This document shows positions 45,760 through 55,785 of a stretch of 64,000 nucleotides of DNA, piece by piece (position 1 is the stretch's first letter; each line of letters opens with the position of its first letter). Position numbers and translations under genes: made by a program. The notes under the pieces are model-generated. The model was not told the origin of the DNA. It did not search any database and was given only the letters and a program-made list of their open reading frames with translations. Source of the stretch: Candidatus Kaiserbacteria bacterium (GTDB lineage: Bacteria; Patescibacteriota; Minisyncoccia; Phycocordibacterales; Phycocordibacteraceae); contig OY969413.1 of NCBI GenBank assembly GCA_963699165.1, forward strand, positions 852,562 through 916,561. Direction: 5' to 3'.

Positions 45760-46662
45760 ATGTACATCATCCGCCATCGCACGTTTTTCTTCTGGCTCAC
45801 GGGACTTATTCTCGCGGCGGCCATCGGCGCCATCGTAGTATTTGGTTTGCCGCTCGGTCTTGATTTCACCGGCGGGTCGCTCATTCAGGTCAATTATCAG
45901 GGTGCGCGTCCGGCGCTTTCGGATATTCAAAAAGAAATTTCAACGGCTTACGCAAGTCCGGCATCGGTGCGCGAATTGGGCGCAAACGGCATTTCCATCC
46001 GCACGCGCAACACCACACCGGCGGAACATGACGCCATTTTGGCCGCGATTTCTCAAAATGCATCAACGACCGAGCTTTCATCCACGTCGGTCGGTCCAGC
46101 TCTCGGCAGCCAGTTCACCAACAAAGCCATTTGGGCGCTTCTCGCCGTTGTTCTCGTCATCGTGCTCTACATAGGATTTGCCTTTCGAAAGGTTCCGGGA
46201 CGGGTACCGGGCTGGGCGTACGGCCTTACGGTGGTGGCGATGCTTGCAATCGACATCATCGTCCCGACCGGCTTCTACGCCGCATACTGCCATTTCACCG
46301 GAGCCGAGGTCGACTCGCTGTTCATCGTCGCCCTCCTCTCGCTTCTCGGATACTGCGTGAACGATGTCATCGTTATTTTCGATCGCATCCGCGAACATCT
46401 CATTAAAAATGGAAAGACCGGGCTGAAAGAATCGTTTGAAGATACGATAGGGAAGTCCATCAACGAAACGATGGCGCGTTCCATCAATACGGCCCTCACG
46501 GTTGCACTCGCCCTCCTCTCGCTCATCTTCTTCGGCGCCGCCGCAACGCGCACCTTTGCGCTCGTCATGCTCGTCGGCGTGGTCGCCGGCACTTTCTCCT
46601 CAATCTGCCGCTCCGCTCCGCTTCTCATTCCTATTGCTAGTTGGTTCACGAAGAAGAAATAA
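45760..46662 (+). CDS. secF: protein-export membrane protein SecF
   Basis: GLDFTGGSLIQV…, 6 TM, …VNDVIVIFDRIRE…; immediately follows secD. Confidence 0.85.
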   Translation: MYIIRHRTFFFWLTGLILAAAIGAIVVFGLPLGLDFTGGSLIQVNYQGARPALSDIQKEISTAYASPASVRELGANGISIRTRNTTPAEHDAILAAISQNASTTELSSTSVGPALGSQFTNKAIWALLAVVLVIVLYIGFAFRKVPGRVPGWAYGLTVVAMLAIDIIVPTGFYAAYCHFTGAEVDSLFIVALLSLLGYCVNDVIVIFDRIREHLIKNGKTGLKESFEDTIGKSINETMARSINTALTVALALLSLIFFGAAATRTFALVMLVGVVAGTFSSICRSAPLLIPIASWFTKKK

Positions 46663-46663
46663 A

Positions 46664-47224
46664 ATGATTATTGGTCTCACCGGAACTTTGGGCGCAGGAA
46701 AGGGGACGGTGGTCGAATATCTCGCACAGAAAAAAGGATTCAAACACTTCGCGGTATCGGATACGCTTCTCGCGGGTGAAGCTGTAAAGCGAGGTCTCGA
46801 AGCGACTCGGCTTGTGCGGCAGCAGATTGCAAATGAGTACCGTGCGAAAGGGCCGACCAAATTGCAGGAAGCGGTCTATGACATGGCGCGCGCCGACATT
46901 GAAGCCGGGCATGATGTGTTTATCGAGCCGCAGCATACGGTCGCCGAAGTGCAGTTCATTCAATCAATCGGCGGGAAAGTGATTTCCGTTGATGCGAATT
47001 TGCGAATCAGATACGACCGCATAAAACTGCGGGGAAGCGCGAAAGACAACGTGTCGTTTGAAGAGTTTGAGAAAATTCAAAAAGAAGAAATGGCTTCGGA
47101 CAATCCAAACAAGAATAATCTTGCGGCTGCAATTGCTGTTGCTGATTTCCATGTGACCAATGACGGCTCGTTTGAAGAATTGCACGCGCAAATCGACGAC
47201 GTTCTTCGAAAAATTTCCGAATAA
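46664..47224 (+). CDS. P-loop nucleotide kinase (dephospho-CoA kinase / dNMP-kinase-like)
   Basis: Walker A at the N-terminus (MIIGLTGTLGAGKGT), about 186 aa as in small NMP kinases; no LID motif recognised. Start at 46664, not the track's 46502. Confidence 0.4.
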   Translation: MIIGLTGTLGAGKGTVVEYLAQKKGFKHFAVSDTLLAGEAVKRGLEATRLVRQQIANEYRAKGPTKLQEAVYDMARADIEAGHDVFIEPQHTVAEVQFIQSIGGKVISVDANLRIRYDRIKLRGSAKDNVSFEEFEKIQKEEMASDNPNKNNLAAAIAVADFHVTNDGSFEELHAQIDDVLRKISE

Positions 47225-47281
47225 CCGCTGAAACTTTGTTCGGGCGGCGGGCGTTTCAATATGTGAAAGCAGCACAGTCGC

Positions 47282-48055
47282 ATGCAAAGCAAAAAGATTC
47301 TTATCGTCGGAGAAACCTGCCTTGATAGGTTTGTATATTGCGCTGCGGATCGTCTCGCTCCCGATTTGCCGGTACCGGTGCTCAAAGTTATTTCAGAGAC
47401 CGAGAATCCGGGCATGGCGAAAAACGTAGAGCGGAATGTGAAAGCCATATATACGCATTGCGACTTGGTCACCAACAAAGGATGGAAGAAGATAACGAAG
47501 ACGCGCTATGTGCATCAAGAGAGCAACTATACGTTTATCCGCATAGATACCGAGCCGCGCATTCCGCGCATCGCCGTGCGCGAGCTTCCGCTTAGCAAGT
47601 ACGACATTGTCGCCATCTCGGATTACAACAAAGGTTTTTTGACCGAAGAAGACATCAAATATATTTGCGAGCGTCACGATACGGTTTTTATTGATACGAA
47701 AAAAATTCTCGGGCCGTGGGTGCGCCGCGCAAAGTTTATAAAAATAAACAATCAGGAATACGAACGCTCACGGCACGCGCTCACCCCGTCGCTCGCGAAG
47801 AAAATCATTTGCACCAAGGGCGGTGCCGGAGCCGAGTATCAGGGCGCGCTGTTTCCCGTTGAAAAAGTCGATGTTAAAGACCTGACCGGCGCGGGCGACA
47901 GTTTTTTCGCCGCGATTGTTGTCCGCTATGCCGAGACGGGGAACATTAAAGAATCCATTGAGTTCGCAAACGAGTGCGCGAAAGAAGTGGTAAAGCACAA
48001 GGGCGTGACGCTGATACGGCGCCCGCAGGTTTGCGTGCAAACCGTTAAGAAATAA
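47282..48055 (+). CDS. PfkB-family carbohydrate kinase (RfaE domain I-like)
   Basis: KILIVGETCLDRF… N-terminus and PfkB signature 2 (DLTGAGDSFFAAIVV). Confidence 0.6.
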   Translation: MQSKKILIVGETCLDRFVYCAADRLAPDLPVPVLKVISETENPGMAKNVERNVKAIYTHCDLVTNKGWKKITKTRYVHQESNYTFIRIDTEPRIPRIAVRELPLSKYDIVAISDYNKGFLTEEDIKYICERHDTVFIDTKKILGPWVRRAKFIKINNQEYERSRHALTPSLAKKIICTKGGAGAEYQGALFPVEKVDVKDLTGAGDSFFAAIVVRYAETGNIKESIEFANECAKEVVKHKGVTLIRRPQVCVQTVKK

Positions 48056-48761
48056 TCGTACCTGCAAACGGCTTGTTGTCGAGGTAGTTTGAAAATTCTT
48101 CGAGGTGTTTGCCGTTCATAATGGCGACTTCGAGTCCGAGCAATTCGGCTTCCTTTGCGGCGATAGGGTCAAACGGGGTAGAGAGTCCCGGGTCCCAACT
48201 CTCCGGAATAAGCTTGCGAAATTCAGCCCATTCGATTTTCTCTATTTTTTTTGCATTCGCGTTTTTCTTCGGGTCTTTGTCGTACACATAGTCGATGTTC
48301 GAGAGGTTCACCAAGCGCCGCGCATCGAGATTTTTTGCCATGAGGACAGCGACATAATCGGTTGAACAGCCGGGCTGCCATCCGGCGGCGATGATAATCG
48401 GCTCGTCCGCATCGATGTCAATCGTCGGATTTTTTATGACTTGCGTATGCGCATAGCCGACAAAAATATTTCGTAAAAGTTGGGCATTCAATCGCGTTGA
48501 ATGAATGCCAATCCAGTCGGTGTCTTGGCGCGAGAGGGGAGTCACCGTATTCGCGGCATCTTGATATCGGCGCGCGGTTTTACCGCCGCCGGCGATGATA
48601 GTAAACGTAAACCCGCGTTGAACTTTTCCCAAAATCAGCTCTTTGAAACGCAAGAGAAATCCTGTGTCGATTCCGTCGGGGACAATAAGAGAACCTCCGA
48701 CAGACACAACAATACGCTCTCGCTCATGTGCGTTATTTTCATTCGTCTGAAGTGCGGGCAT
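48045..48761 (-). CDS. pyrH: amino-acid-kinase family protein, UMP kinase-like (archaeal-type PyrH)
   Basis: RIVVSVGGSLIV… N-terminus, …FTFTIIAGGGKTARRY…, 238 aa; overlaps the end of the PfkB gene by 11 nt. Confidence 0.5.
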   Translation of the reverse strand: MPALQTNENNAHERERIVVSVGGSLIVPDGIDTGFLLRFKELILGKVQRGFTFTIIAGGGKTARRYQDAANTVTPLSRQDTDWIGIHSTRLNAQLLRNIFVGYAHTQVIKNPTIDIDADEPIIIAAGWQPGCSTDYVAVLMAKNLDARRLVNLSNIDYVYDKDPKKNANAKKIEKIEWAEFRKLIPESWDPGLSTPFDPIAAKEAELLGLEVAIMNGKHLEEFSNYLDNKPFAGTIIS

Positions 48762-49039
48762 AAGATATGTTTGCGCTTAGTATACCGCAACGAATCAAGA
48801 TGGGGGAAGCCCATACACCACATTTGGCATCGTGTCTGTACTGCTCGTGCGAAAAACGCAACTAACTATCCTTCCTCTTAGAGAGGGAGTGATTCGATTC
48901 TTCGTATGACACGAATGCAGCAATGCCAAAAGTGGTGTCTGGGCAAGGGTGACGGCTCGCTCAATCATACCGCGCGCAAGTCCGCGCGCAAGGGATTGAC
49001 TTCACATTCAATCTACGTAGTATGCGTTTGAACAAGCGT

Positions 49040-50100
49040 TGGCACCCAAACCCCTCAATTCGAACGACGGTTTTTTGCGCTCCTCTGAGCGCGTTGTTTC
49101 TTTTCCGCAGCATACGCCTCATCTGGCGTGAGTGAACCGAGCACATCCATGAAGCGGCGATTCATCTTTGCTTCGAGTTTCTGCACAAATCTTTTTGAAT
49201 ACTTTGAAATATCCGAGCTTTTCGGGATGTACCGCCGCAAGTCCTTGTTCAGATTCTCGATTGATGGCTTCTCCCATGGCGCATGCACATGACAGAAATA
49301 TATCTTCACCCCAAGCACCTTCTCTAGCCGTTTGTGTTCGAGAAAGAGAATATCGTTGTCGAATGTGATGGTCTGCATCTCGGGATACCGCTTTTTCATT
49401 CTGCGAAGCGCTCGCTCCACGTTTCGCACTGACACTGGCAGGATCCGCTCCAGCAGGTTTTTGCGCACCCTGCGATCCCGCAGACCAAGAATGATGCCTT
49501 GACCGCTCTTGCCCGACACGATGAAGTCGCCCTCCATGTGACCCAATCCCCATCGCTTGTTGATTTTGCTCGGTCGTTTGTCGATCAGGCGCTTGTCGGC
49601 AATGTGTGGTTTCGATGGCCGAGAGCGTCGCCTCTTCTTGAATACCTTTGCTCGATGCGACTCGATCCGTCTGCCATACGGGCTCTTGATATATCGGCGT
49701 ATAGCCGAGGATGAAGCATATCCGATATCCTTCTCGATCCGCTTCAATCGAAGTGAGATGTTTTCGGGCGACTGATCGTCGAAGAGATGCGCCTCGATGA
49801 ACTTCCGGAGCTTCGGGTCGAGAGCAATCATCTTGCCGACCGCTCGGCTGTATTTCCTTCGTACGTATGAAATGTGATGCGCATATGCAGCATCATACGG
49901 CCGTCCCTTCCTCTTCTTTTGCGTCTCGTACCATATGACACTCTTCGGTCGGTCGAGTGCATCTCCGACATCTTGCAAAGAGTATCCCTTCGCTAACAGT
50001 ATCTGTATTTCGTCTCGTTCGGACCTTGTGAAGTGCGCACCGCCGGAGGTTTTTTCATTCGCTCAATGTATCAAACGTTCGAATTCAAAAGACTAGTCGC
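49040..50100 (-). mobile_element. IS30-family-like insertion sequence (boundaries approximate)
   Basis: IS30-type transposase flanked by the short inverted core cAATTCGAACG (49056-49066) / CGTTCGAATTc (50076-50086). Longer IRs could not be defined by eye. Confidence 0.4.
49055..49978 (-). CDS. IS30-family DDE transposase; N-terminal HTH continues upstream (to about 50062) without an in-frame ATG, likely frameshifted
   Basis: GHMEGDFIVS…, FDNDILFLEHK…, …PWEKPSIENLNKDLRRYIPKSSDI match the IS30 D-D-E core. Upstream in-frame peptide …HFTRSERDEIQILLAKGYSLQDVGDALDRPKSV is the IS30 HTH. The nearest ATG (50058-50056) is in the +1 frame, just before an A6 run. Confidence 0.65.
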   Translation of the reverse strand: MQDVGDALDRPKSVIWYETQKKRKGRPYDAAYAHHISYVRRKYSRAVGKMIALDPKLRKFIEAHLFDDQSPENISLRLKRIEKDIGYASSSAIRRYIKSPYGRRIESHRAKVFKKRRRSRPSKPHIADKRLIDKRPSKINKRWGLGHMEGDFIVSGKSGQGIILGLRDRRVRKNLLERILPVSVRNVERALRRMKKRYPEMQTITFDNDILFLEHKRLEKVLGVKIYFCHVHAPWEKPSIENLNKDLRRYIPKSSDISKYSKRFVQKLEAKMNRRFMDVLGSLTPDEAYAAEKKQRAQRSAKNRRSN

Positions 50101-50166
50101 CGTTCTTTCCCAAAGCACTGTGGCCGCGACTTTCGACGGCAATTCTGCAAGAAAGGCAATACGGCA

Positions 50167-50424
50167 ATGGGCCAGTACCAAATTTCAGTCGTGATTCCTC
50201 CGGAATCGGACGGTATCTACCGTGGGTTGAATCAGGAATCCTATGGTTCGTTTAAAACAATCGAAGAAGCCGAAAAGCTTCTAGAGGATTCGTTTTTCGT
50301 GCGCGTACCTGGGTCGCCGGATGGTAGCACCCTTTGGCGCTCACTTTACCCACATGGTCCCGGACTTGTGATAGTCAAGACAGGATCTCCCGAAGATTTC
50401 TTAAAGGCGTTACCGCCGCGATAA
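50167..50424 (+). CDS. small hypothetical protein (85 aa)
   Basis: ORF with host-like GC between the IS30 element and the 16S; followed by a GC hairpin with T-run (50437-50480). No recognisable motif. Confidence 0.3.
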   Translation: MGQYQISVVIPPESDGIYRGLNQESYGSFKTIEEAEKLLEDSFFVRVPGSPDGSTLWRSLYPHGPGLVIVKTGSPEDFLKALPPR

Positions 50425-50978
50425 TATACCGTCTTCCGTCAGAAGACCCCTTGCCGGGCCTTCTCGGCGGGGCGGTTTTCTGATTTTTTGGGGCAAGTTC
50501 CCCCGCACATTTAAAGGCCGCTCCGGCTATTGACTTGCTTTGGCCGTTCATATAGTATGCATCTACTGCCTCGAAAGAGGCGGGATTTCTTTTGCTCTAG
50601 TTCGTTGACATTCTAAATACGTGTTAATTCCCGCGACGCGCAGCGTCGCGGGAGAAAGATGTGTGAATTCTTTTGTTCCGCCTATTCTTATTGAGAGTTT
50701 GATCCTAGCTCAGGGTGAATGCTGGCGGCGTGGATAAGTCATGCAAGTCAAGGGGGCCCGCAAGGGCAACCGGCAGACGAGGTAGTAACACGTAGGTACG
50801 TCCCCCGAAGTCGGGCATAGCCATCCGAAAGGATGGGTAATTCCCGATAGTCCCGCAAGGGTAAAGGTTTTTCGCTTCGGGAGCGGCCTGCGTAGTATCA
50901 GCTAGTTGGTAGGGTAACGGCCTACCAAGGCTACGACGCTTAGGGGAGCTGAGAGGCTGACCCCCACCGATGGGACTG

Positions 50979-51678
50979 CGATAAAAGTTGTCGCCTTGGG
51001 GAGTAATCCCCAATGATTAATCTTGCTCATAACGGTGAAGCCTGACTGATGGGTGTATAATAATACCCATCAAAGGTAATACCGTGGGAAGTCGACACTA
51101 TCTTTCAGACGCATATTTGGCAGGATTCTTGGACGGAGACGGCTCTGTTGTGGCAACGCTTGAGCGATACCACAGCAAGCGGTTTCCGTATCGTGTGCGC
51201 ATCAAGGTGAATTTCACCCAACATGCAAAACACAAAGATAAACTGGCACTAATGCAAGAGGCGCTCGGCGGTTATGGAGTTATCCGAACCAATGCGCGCA
51301 AAAATCTTGCGGAGCTGGTAATCCAAGAACGAAATCAAGTACAAGCGGTGCTCGCGCGTCTCGTGCCATTTCTTCTAATAAAAAAAGACCAGGCAATTCT
51401 GGCTCTTGAAGTATTAGAGAAAATGAGCTCCAACGAGAAGCATAAACCGAGCACGTTGTCTGAAAGAGCGTATATTCGTATTCTGTCAGTAGTACAGAAA
51501 ATTCGTCGTTTGAATTCCCATACGGGAGGCAAACGCGAGATACGAGTGTTTGACCCCGTAACGACTGAATTTCCGGAGCAACCCGGAATGAAGACGGAAT
51601 CTTCGGATTCTGTAAGACGCAAGCCCCTCGCACGAACGAGGGTGAAAGTATAGTCTGTGCCATAAGAAATTATGGAAT
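50979..51678 (+). mobile_element. group I intron in 16S (after ...GGGACTG, E. coli position about 320s) with LAGLIDADG ORF
   Basis: Conserved …ACTGAGACACGG…CTCCTACGGGAGGCAGCAG is split: …gggactg | about 700 nt | aacgacggcccatactcctacgggaggctgcag. Confidence 0.65.
51084..51653 (+). CDS. LAGLIDADG homing endonuclease (intron-encoded)
   Basis: AYLAGFLDGDGSVVATL motif; 189 aa. Confidence 0.8.
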   Translation: MGSRHYLSDAYLAGFLDGDGSVVATLERYHSKRFPYRVRIKVNFTQHAKHKDKLALMQEALGGYGVIRTNARKNLAELVIQERNQVQAVLARLVPFLLIKKDQAILALEVLEKMSSNEKHKPSTLSERAYIRILSVVQKIRRLNSHTGGKREIRVFDPVTTEFPEQPGMKTESSDSVRRKPLARTRVKV

Positions 51679-52109
51679 AAACGACGGCCCATACTCCTAC
51701 GGGAGGCTGCAGACGAGAATATTCCGCAATGGACGAAAGTCTGACGGAGCGACGCCGCGTGATGGATGAAGTGCTTTGGTACGTAAACATCTTTTACCGG
51801 GGAAGAAATTATTGACGGTACCCGGTGAATAAGGGGCTCCTAACTCTGTGCCAGCAGGAGCGGTAATACAGAGGCCCCAAGCATTACCCGGAATCATTGG
51901 GCGTAAAGGGTGTCTAGGCGGCCATATTAGTCTCTCGTTAAATCCGCGGGCTCAACCTGCGGCATGCGAGGGAAACGGTATGGCTCGAGGGCGTAAGAGG
52001 TGCACGGAACTCATGGTGGAGGGGTGAAATCCGTTGATATCATGGGGAACACCGAAAGCGAAGGCAGTGCACTGGTACGTTCCTGACGCTCAAACACGAA
52101 AGCCAGGGT

Positions 52110-52143
<34 letters not shown>

Positions 52144-52727
52144 CCTCAACGTTGCTCGCTCGTTTTACGGAGTATCGACCCTCTGTGAGACTAAGCTAAC
52201 GCGGTAAGCGAGCCGCCTGGGTAGTACGATCGCAAGATTAAAACTCAAAGGAATAGACGGGGACTCGCACAAGTGGTGGATTATGCGGCTTAATTCGTCG
52301 ATAAACGAAGAACCTTACCAAGGTTAGAAATCCAGCTGCATCCAACTCGAAAGAGATGGAGCCTTCGAGGGTGCTGGACAGGTGATGCATGGTCGTCGTC
52401 AGTTCGTGGTTTGAACTGTTCCCTTCAGTGGGGTAACGAACGCAACCCCCGTTGTCTGTTGCCTATATGGTCAGGCGAGACTGCTCCCTCACGGGAGAGG
52501 AAGGTGGGGATGACGCCAGATCAGCATGTCCCTCTGATACCTTGGGCTGCACGCATAATACAATGGTCGGTACAACGGGTTGCAATGCCGTAAGGCGGAG
52601 CCAATCCTTATAAAACCGACCCCAGTACGGATTGAGGTCTGCAACCGACCTCATGAAGCCGGAATCACTAGTAATCCCGGGTCAGCCAAACCGGGGTGAA
52701 TACGTTCTCGAGTCTTGTACTCGGGTC

Positions 52728-53710
52728 GCCATGCGATCCGAGCATCTAGTTGGTGACTCTTGGAATAGAGAAGTCCAACCGCGCCGTGGCGGCGTGAAGC
52801 GAAATCGCAGTGTCGATACCGCGAGGTATGGCATGAAGGGTGAAAGTAGCAGTGTGTAGCGTGAACGCTAGTTTGTGGCGCCTAGAGTGGGAGATCCCGC
52901 GAGTACAGGGAGAATCCAGCCACACCAAAAGCTCTAGGCGTGTAGTGGCGTCGCGATACATATACACAGATGTTCGGGTTACCGTGGGAGATCTGTTATG
53001 TTCCTCGTGGTAAACTAACCTCGAGGTATGCGGATGAGCAATCATCGTAAATGACATGACAGAAGTCAGCAGAGGTCGTAGTACCGCCGTATGAAAGGTA
53101 AACGCAATACGCGTCTGCTTGAACCGGTAGGGAAGGACCGAATTCGTAGGAAGCCGCTCGACGGAGCATATGTTGCCGGATTTATCGACGGGGAAGGTTC
53201 CTTTTCCGTCAGTATCGGCAAACACGCGACTCTATCGCGCGGACTTGAAGTGCGTCCTGAATTTGAAATTGAAGTGCGTGCGGATGATCGAGAAATTCTT
53301 GAGCGAATTCTCGTTACTGTCGGCTGCGGAAGAATCTATGACTGCTCGTATGAGCGGTACGGATGGTATCCGCATGTCAAATACAAAGTGACGAGCACGC
53401 GCGAGATGGAGGAGATTCTCTTCCCGTTTCTCGATAACAATCCGCTCCAAGCGAAGAAAGCGGAATCGTATCTTCTCTTTAAAGAGATTGTGCTTTCGTA
53501 TCGGCGCAAGGAGCATCTCACCGATGCCGGTTTCAACAACATTCTCGAAACGCGCAATCGATTGCGAGCTCTCGGAAAGAAGGCTAAAACATTTCAGTTA
53601 TGAAATGTTCGCCCAATGAAGAGCTCGCACCTACGGAAACCGCTAGGGTGCAGGAAAGCTGCTTGCCCAGTGGTGTTTGTGAGAGTGGTAGTAATATCAC
53701 AAAACGCAAG
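52728..53710 (+). mobile_element. group I intron in 16S (within CTTGTAC|ACACCGCCCGTCA, position about 1400) with LAGLIDADG ORF
   Basis: …gaatacgttctcgagtcttgtac | about 980 nt | (at)accgcccgtcaagtcaagg…. Confidence 0.65.
53091..53603 (+). CDS. LAGLIDADG homing endonuclease (intron-encoded)
   Basis: AYVAGFIDGEGSFSVSI motif; 170 aa. Confidence 0.8.
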   Translation: MKGKRNTRLLEPVGKDRIRRKPLDGAYVAGFIDGEGSFSVSIGKHATLSRGLEVRPEFEIEVRADDREILERILVTVGCGRIYDCSYERYGWYPHVKYKVTSTREMEEILFPFLDNNPLQAKKAESYLLFKEIVLSYRRKEHLTDAGFNNILETRNRLRALGKKAKTFQL

Positions 53711-54051
53711 ATACCGCCCGTCAAGTCAAGGGAGCTGGGGGTGCCCGAAGGTCTGCCTTGCGCAGGACTACGGCAAATTCAGTGACAAGGACTAAGTCGT
53801 AACAAGGCACGGGTAGCGGAAGCTGTTCGTGGAACATATCCAAATTGGAACCGATATCGCCCGAAAGGCATATCATGTCGATACGATTCGCAAGAATCGT
53901 GAGAGATAGTACTCGTCTCTAAACGGTACTCGGAAGCCGGATAACGTAACCCGGTGGTCCTTCACACGAGAAAGCATCGCGGAGCTTCGCTTCGCATGTG
54001 TATACAATGCTTTCTCGTGTGTGGGGGAACAGAATAGGCGGAACAAAAGAG

Positions 54052-54101
54052 CGCACACAAACACAAATAAGCCCCTGCGGGCTTATTTGTGTTTGTGTGC
54101 G
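54052..54101. terminator. perfect 21-bp-stem hairpin (bidirectional terminator candidate) downstream of 16S
   Basis: cgcacacaaacacaaataagccc ctgc gggcttatttgtgtttgtgtgcg; preceded by a second inverted repeat (cacacgagaaagca…tgctttctcgtgtg, 53964-54024). Confidence 0.5.
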
Positions 54102-54290
54102 AGGTGGAGCGATGTTCGGCTAGCAAGCCGAACCGCGAGCCGGGGTCGCGCAAATTCGCGAGTGGCGACGAGCGAATTATGCGTGACCACACATCTTTCA
54201 ATAGCATCACAAAAACACCCGAGATGGGTGTTTTTGTATTCAGTCGGGATATTAGAAACCCATTTCTTCAGCGCGTTTTCTTGCTTCTGG

Positions 54291-54767
54291 TTACAGGGAA
54301 TCTCTTATGGAATGAGGTCCCCTCAGCAATGTTTGTAGCGCCTCCAGCCCGGGATTGCCGTCGACTTTGCGTGTTGATAATTTTACCGTCAAATACAACC
54401 TCGCCCTTTCGCGCATCCCCGGAGTTAGTGTTCCTGCGAGAGAGGTCGATTCGTCGCTCGAAAAATAAGAAACCCCTTTGGCAAGAGCTAACACGAAGAC
54501 ATCAAAGTCCTCTCCGACTATCGTTAAAAGATTCCGCCTTCCGCGAGCGTCATCAATTCCAACATCAAGCGATTCGACTTTGTCCAAAAAAGCTTTCGCT
54601 TCCTTCTCGGCATTGAATGTCTCGTGATGTTCGATATGTGTGGCTGGTGGGACTGTTGCCGCGGATACCTCGGGTTTGTCGACCGCTCCCGAAAGAGCTG
54701 CCGCCAGCGCAACGACTTGGCCGATTTTTTCTAGGTGATTGATTTTTGGTTTTCCCGGGCCTTCCAT
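54291..54767 (-). CDS. hypothetical protein (158 aa)
   Basis: ORF with host-like codon usage starting MEGPGKPKINHLEKIGQVVALAAALSGAV…; no recognisable domain. Lies between the 16S and tRNA-Ile on the opposite strand. Confidence 0.35.
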   Translation of the reverse strand: MEGPGKPKINHLEKIGQVVALAAALSGAVDKPEVSAATVPPATHIEHHETFNAEKEAKAFLDKVESLDVGIDDARGRRNLLTIVGEDFDVFVLALAKGVSYFSSDESTSLAGTLTPGMRERARLYLTVKLSTRKVDGNPGLEALQTLLRGPHSIRDSL

Positions 54768-55031
54768 AATTAATATTGAAATTGTACTACAAACATGCGA
54801 ATCCGTTTTGGATGTTCTAGACAATTTTAGGCGGTGAGTTTTGCAACACAGCGGCGCCAGATACGCGCCTTATTTTTATGCCTGCGCAATTTTTCCTCAA
54901 GAGTAGATATCCGCACCGTGCGGATTCGTTTCGATTCACGGGGTCGTGGACCTCGGAACATCTTGCCCTTAGTATAGCAGGCGAGAGTGGAAGGGAAGTG
55001 GAATATCTGGTACTATCCAAAAGTTCCAACT

Positions 55032-55104
55032 GCACGCGTAGCTCAGTTGGTAGAGCACCCGACTGATACTCGGGCGGTCGTAGGTTCGACCCCTACCGCG
55101 TGCA
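55032..55104 (+). tRNA. tRNA-Ile (anticodon GAT)
   Basis: Acceptor gcacgcg/cgcgtgc, D-arm gctcagttggtagagc, anticodon stem cccga/tcggg with loop ctGATac, T-arm gtaggTTCGACCcctac. Followed by a terminator hairpin at 55106-55141. Confidence 0.8.
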
Positions 55105-55105
55105 C

Positions 55106-55141
55106 AAAATGAAAGACCGCCTTCGGGCGGCTTTTCATTTT
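55106..55141 (+). terminator. rho-independent terminator after tRNA-Ile
   Basis: aaaatgaaagaccgcc ttcg ggcggcttttcatttt. Confidence 0.65.
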
Positions 55142-55269
55142 GCGCACGCGAGAACACCGCCTGCGCGGTGTTCGTGTAGTGGTCGAAGGCCGGGGCTATC
55201 ATGCGGCCAAGAATGACAGTTATACACACACCGCCCGATATTTTGTTGTGCAATAGGTATACTAAGGCC

Positions 55270-55779
55270 ATGAAAGATAGAAATATTCTCATCGGCACCG
55301 CGCTTGTCTTGGTAGTGTTCGGCGTGTTTGCATTTTTGAACGTGAATTTTTTTAAAATGCCGTCGTCAGCCCTAACAAACAATCAACTTACCGCTACGGC
55401 CGTTCCGTTCGTCCCTATAGTTGAAGGTTCAAATTCAAAAGTTACGACAAGGACAAATTATCTCATCACCTCTTCAGATCAACTTCAGAAACTCTGGGGT
55501 TTGATTGATGCAACCGGCACTCCGCCGCCGATTGACTTCTCGAGCCAAAATGTTCTTGCCGTTTTTGCCGGACAGGAGCCGACCACCGGGTATGCCGTCG
55601 CGGTTTCGAAAGTTGTCGATTCAAACAATCGCGTGGTATCTGTAACCATTCAGCAGCCCGATAGTGCGTGTCAGCCGAAAGCTCAGCCGACGGCGCCGTA
55701 CGAGCTGGTCACCGTGCCGGCAACCACGCTACCGCTCACGCACCAGGATATTCCGGGCACGAACGACTGTCAGAACTGA
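55270..55779 (+). CDS. secreted hypothetical protein
   Basis: Signal/TM (MKDRNILIGTALVLVVFGVFAFL), about 145-aa soluble domain ending …PGTNDCQN with two Cys. The ATG at 55270 is preferred to 55201. Confidence 0.45.
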   Translation: MKDRNILIGTALVLVVFGVFAFLNVNFFKMPSSALTNNQLTATAVPFVPIVEGSNSKVTTRTNYLITSSDQLQKLWGLIDATGTPPPIDFSSQNVLAVFAGQEPTTGYAVAVSKVVDSNNRVVSVTIQQPDSACQPKAQPTAPYELVTVPATTLPLTHQDIPGTNDCQN

Positions 55780-55785
55780 TTTTAC

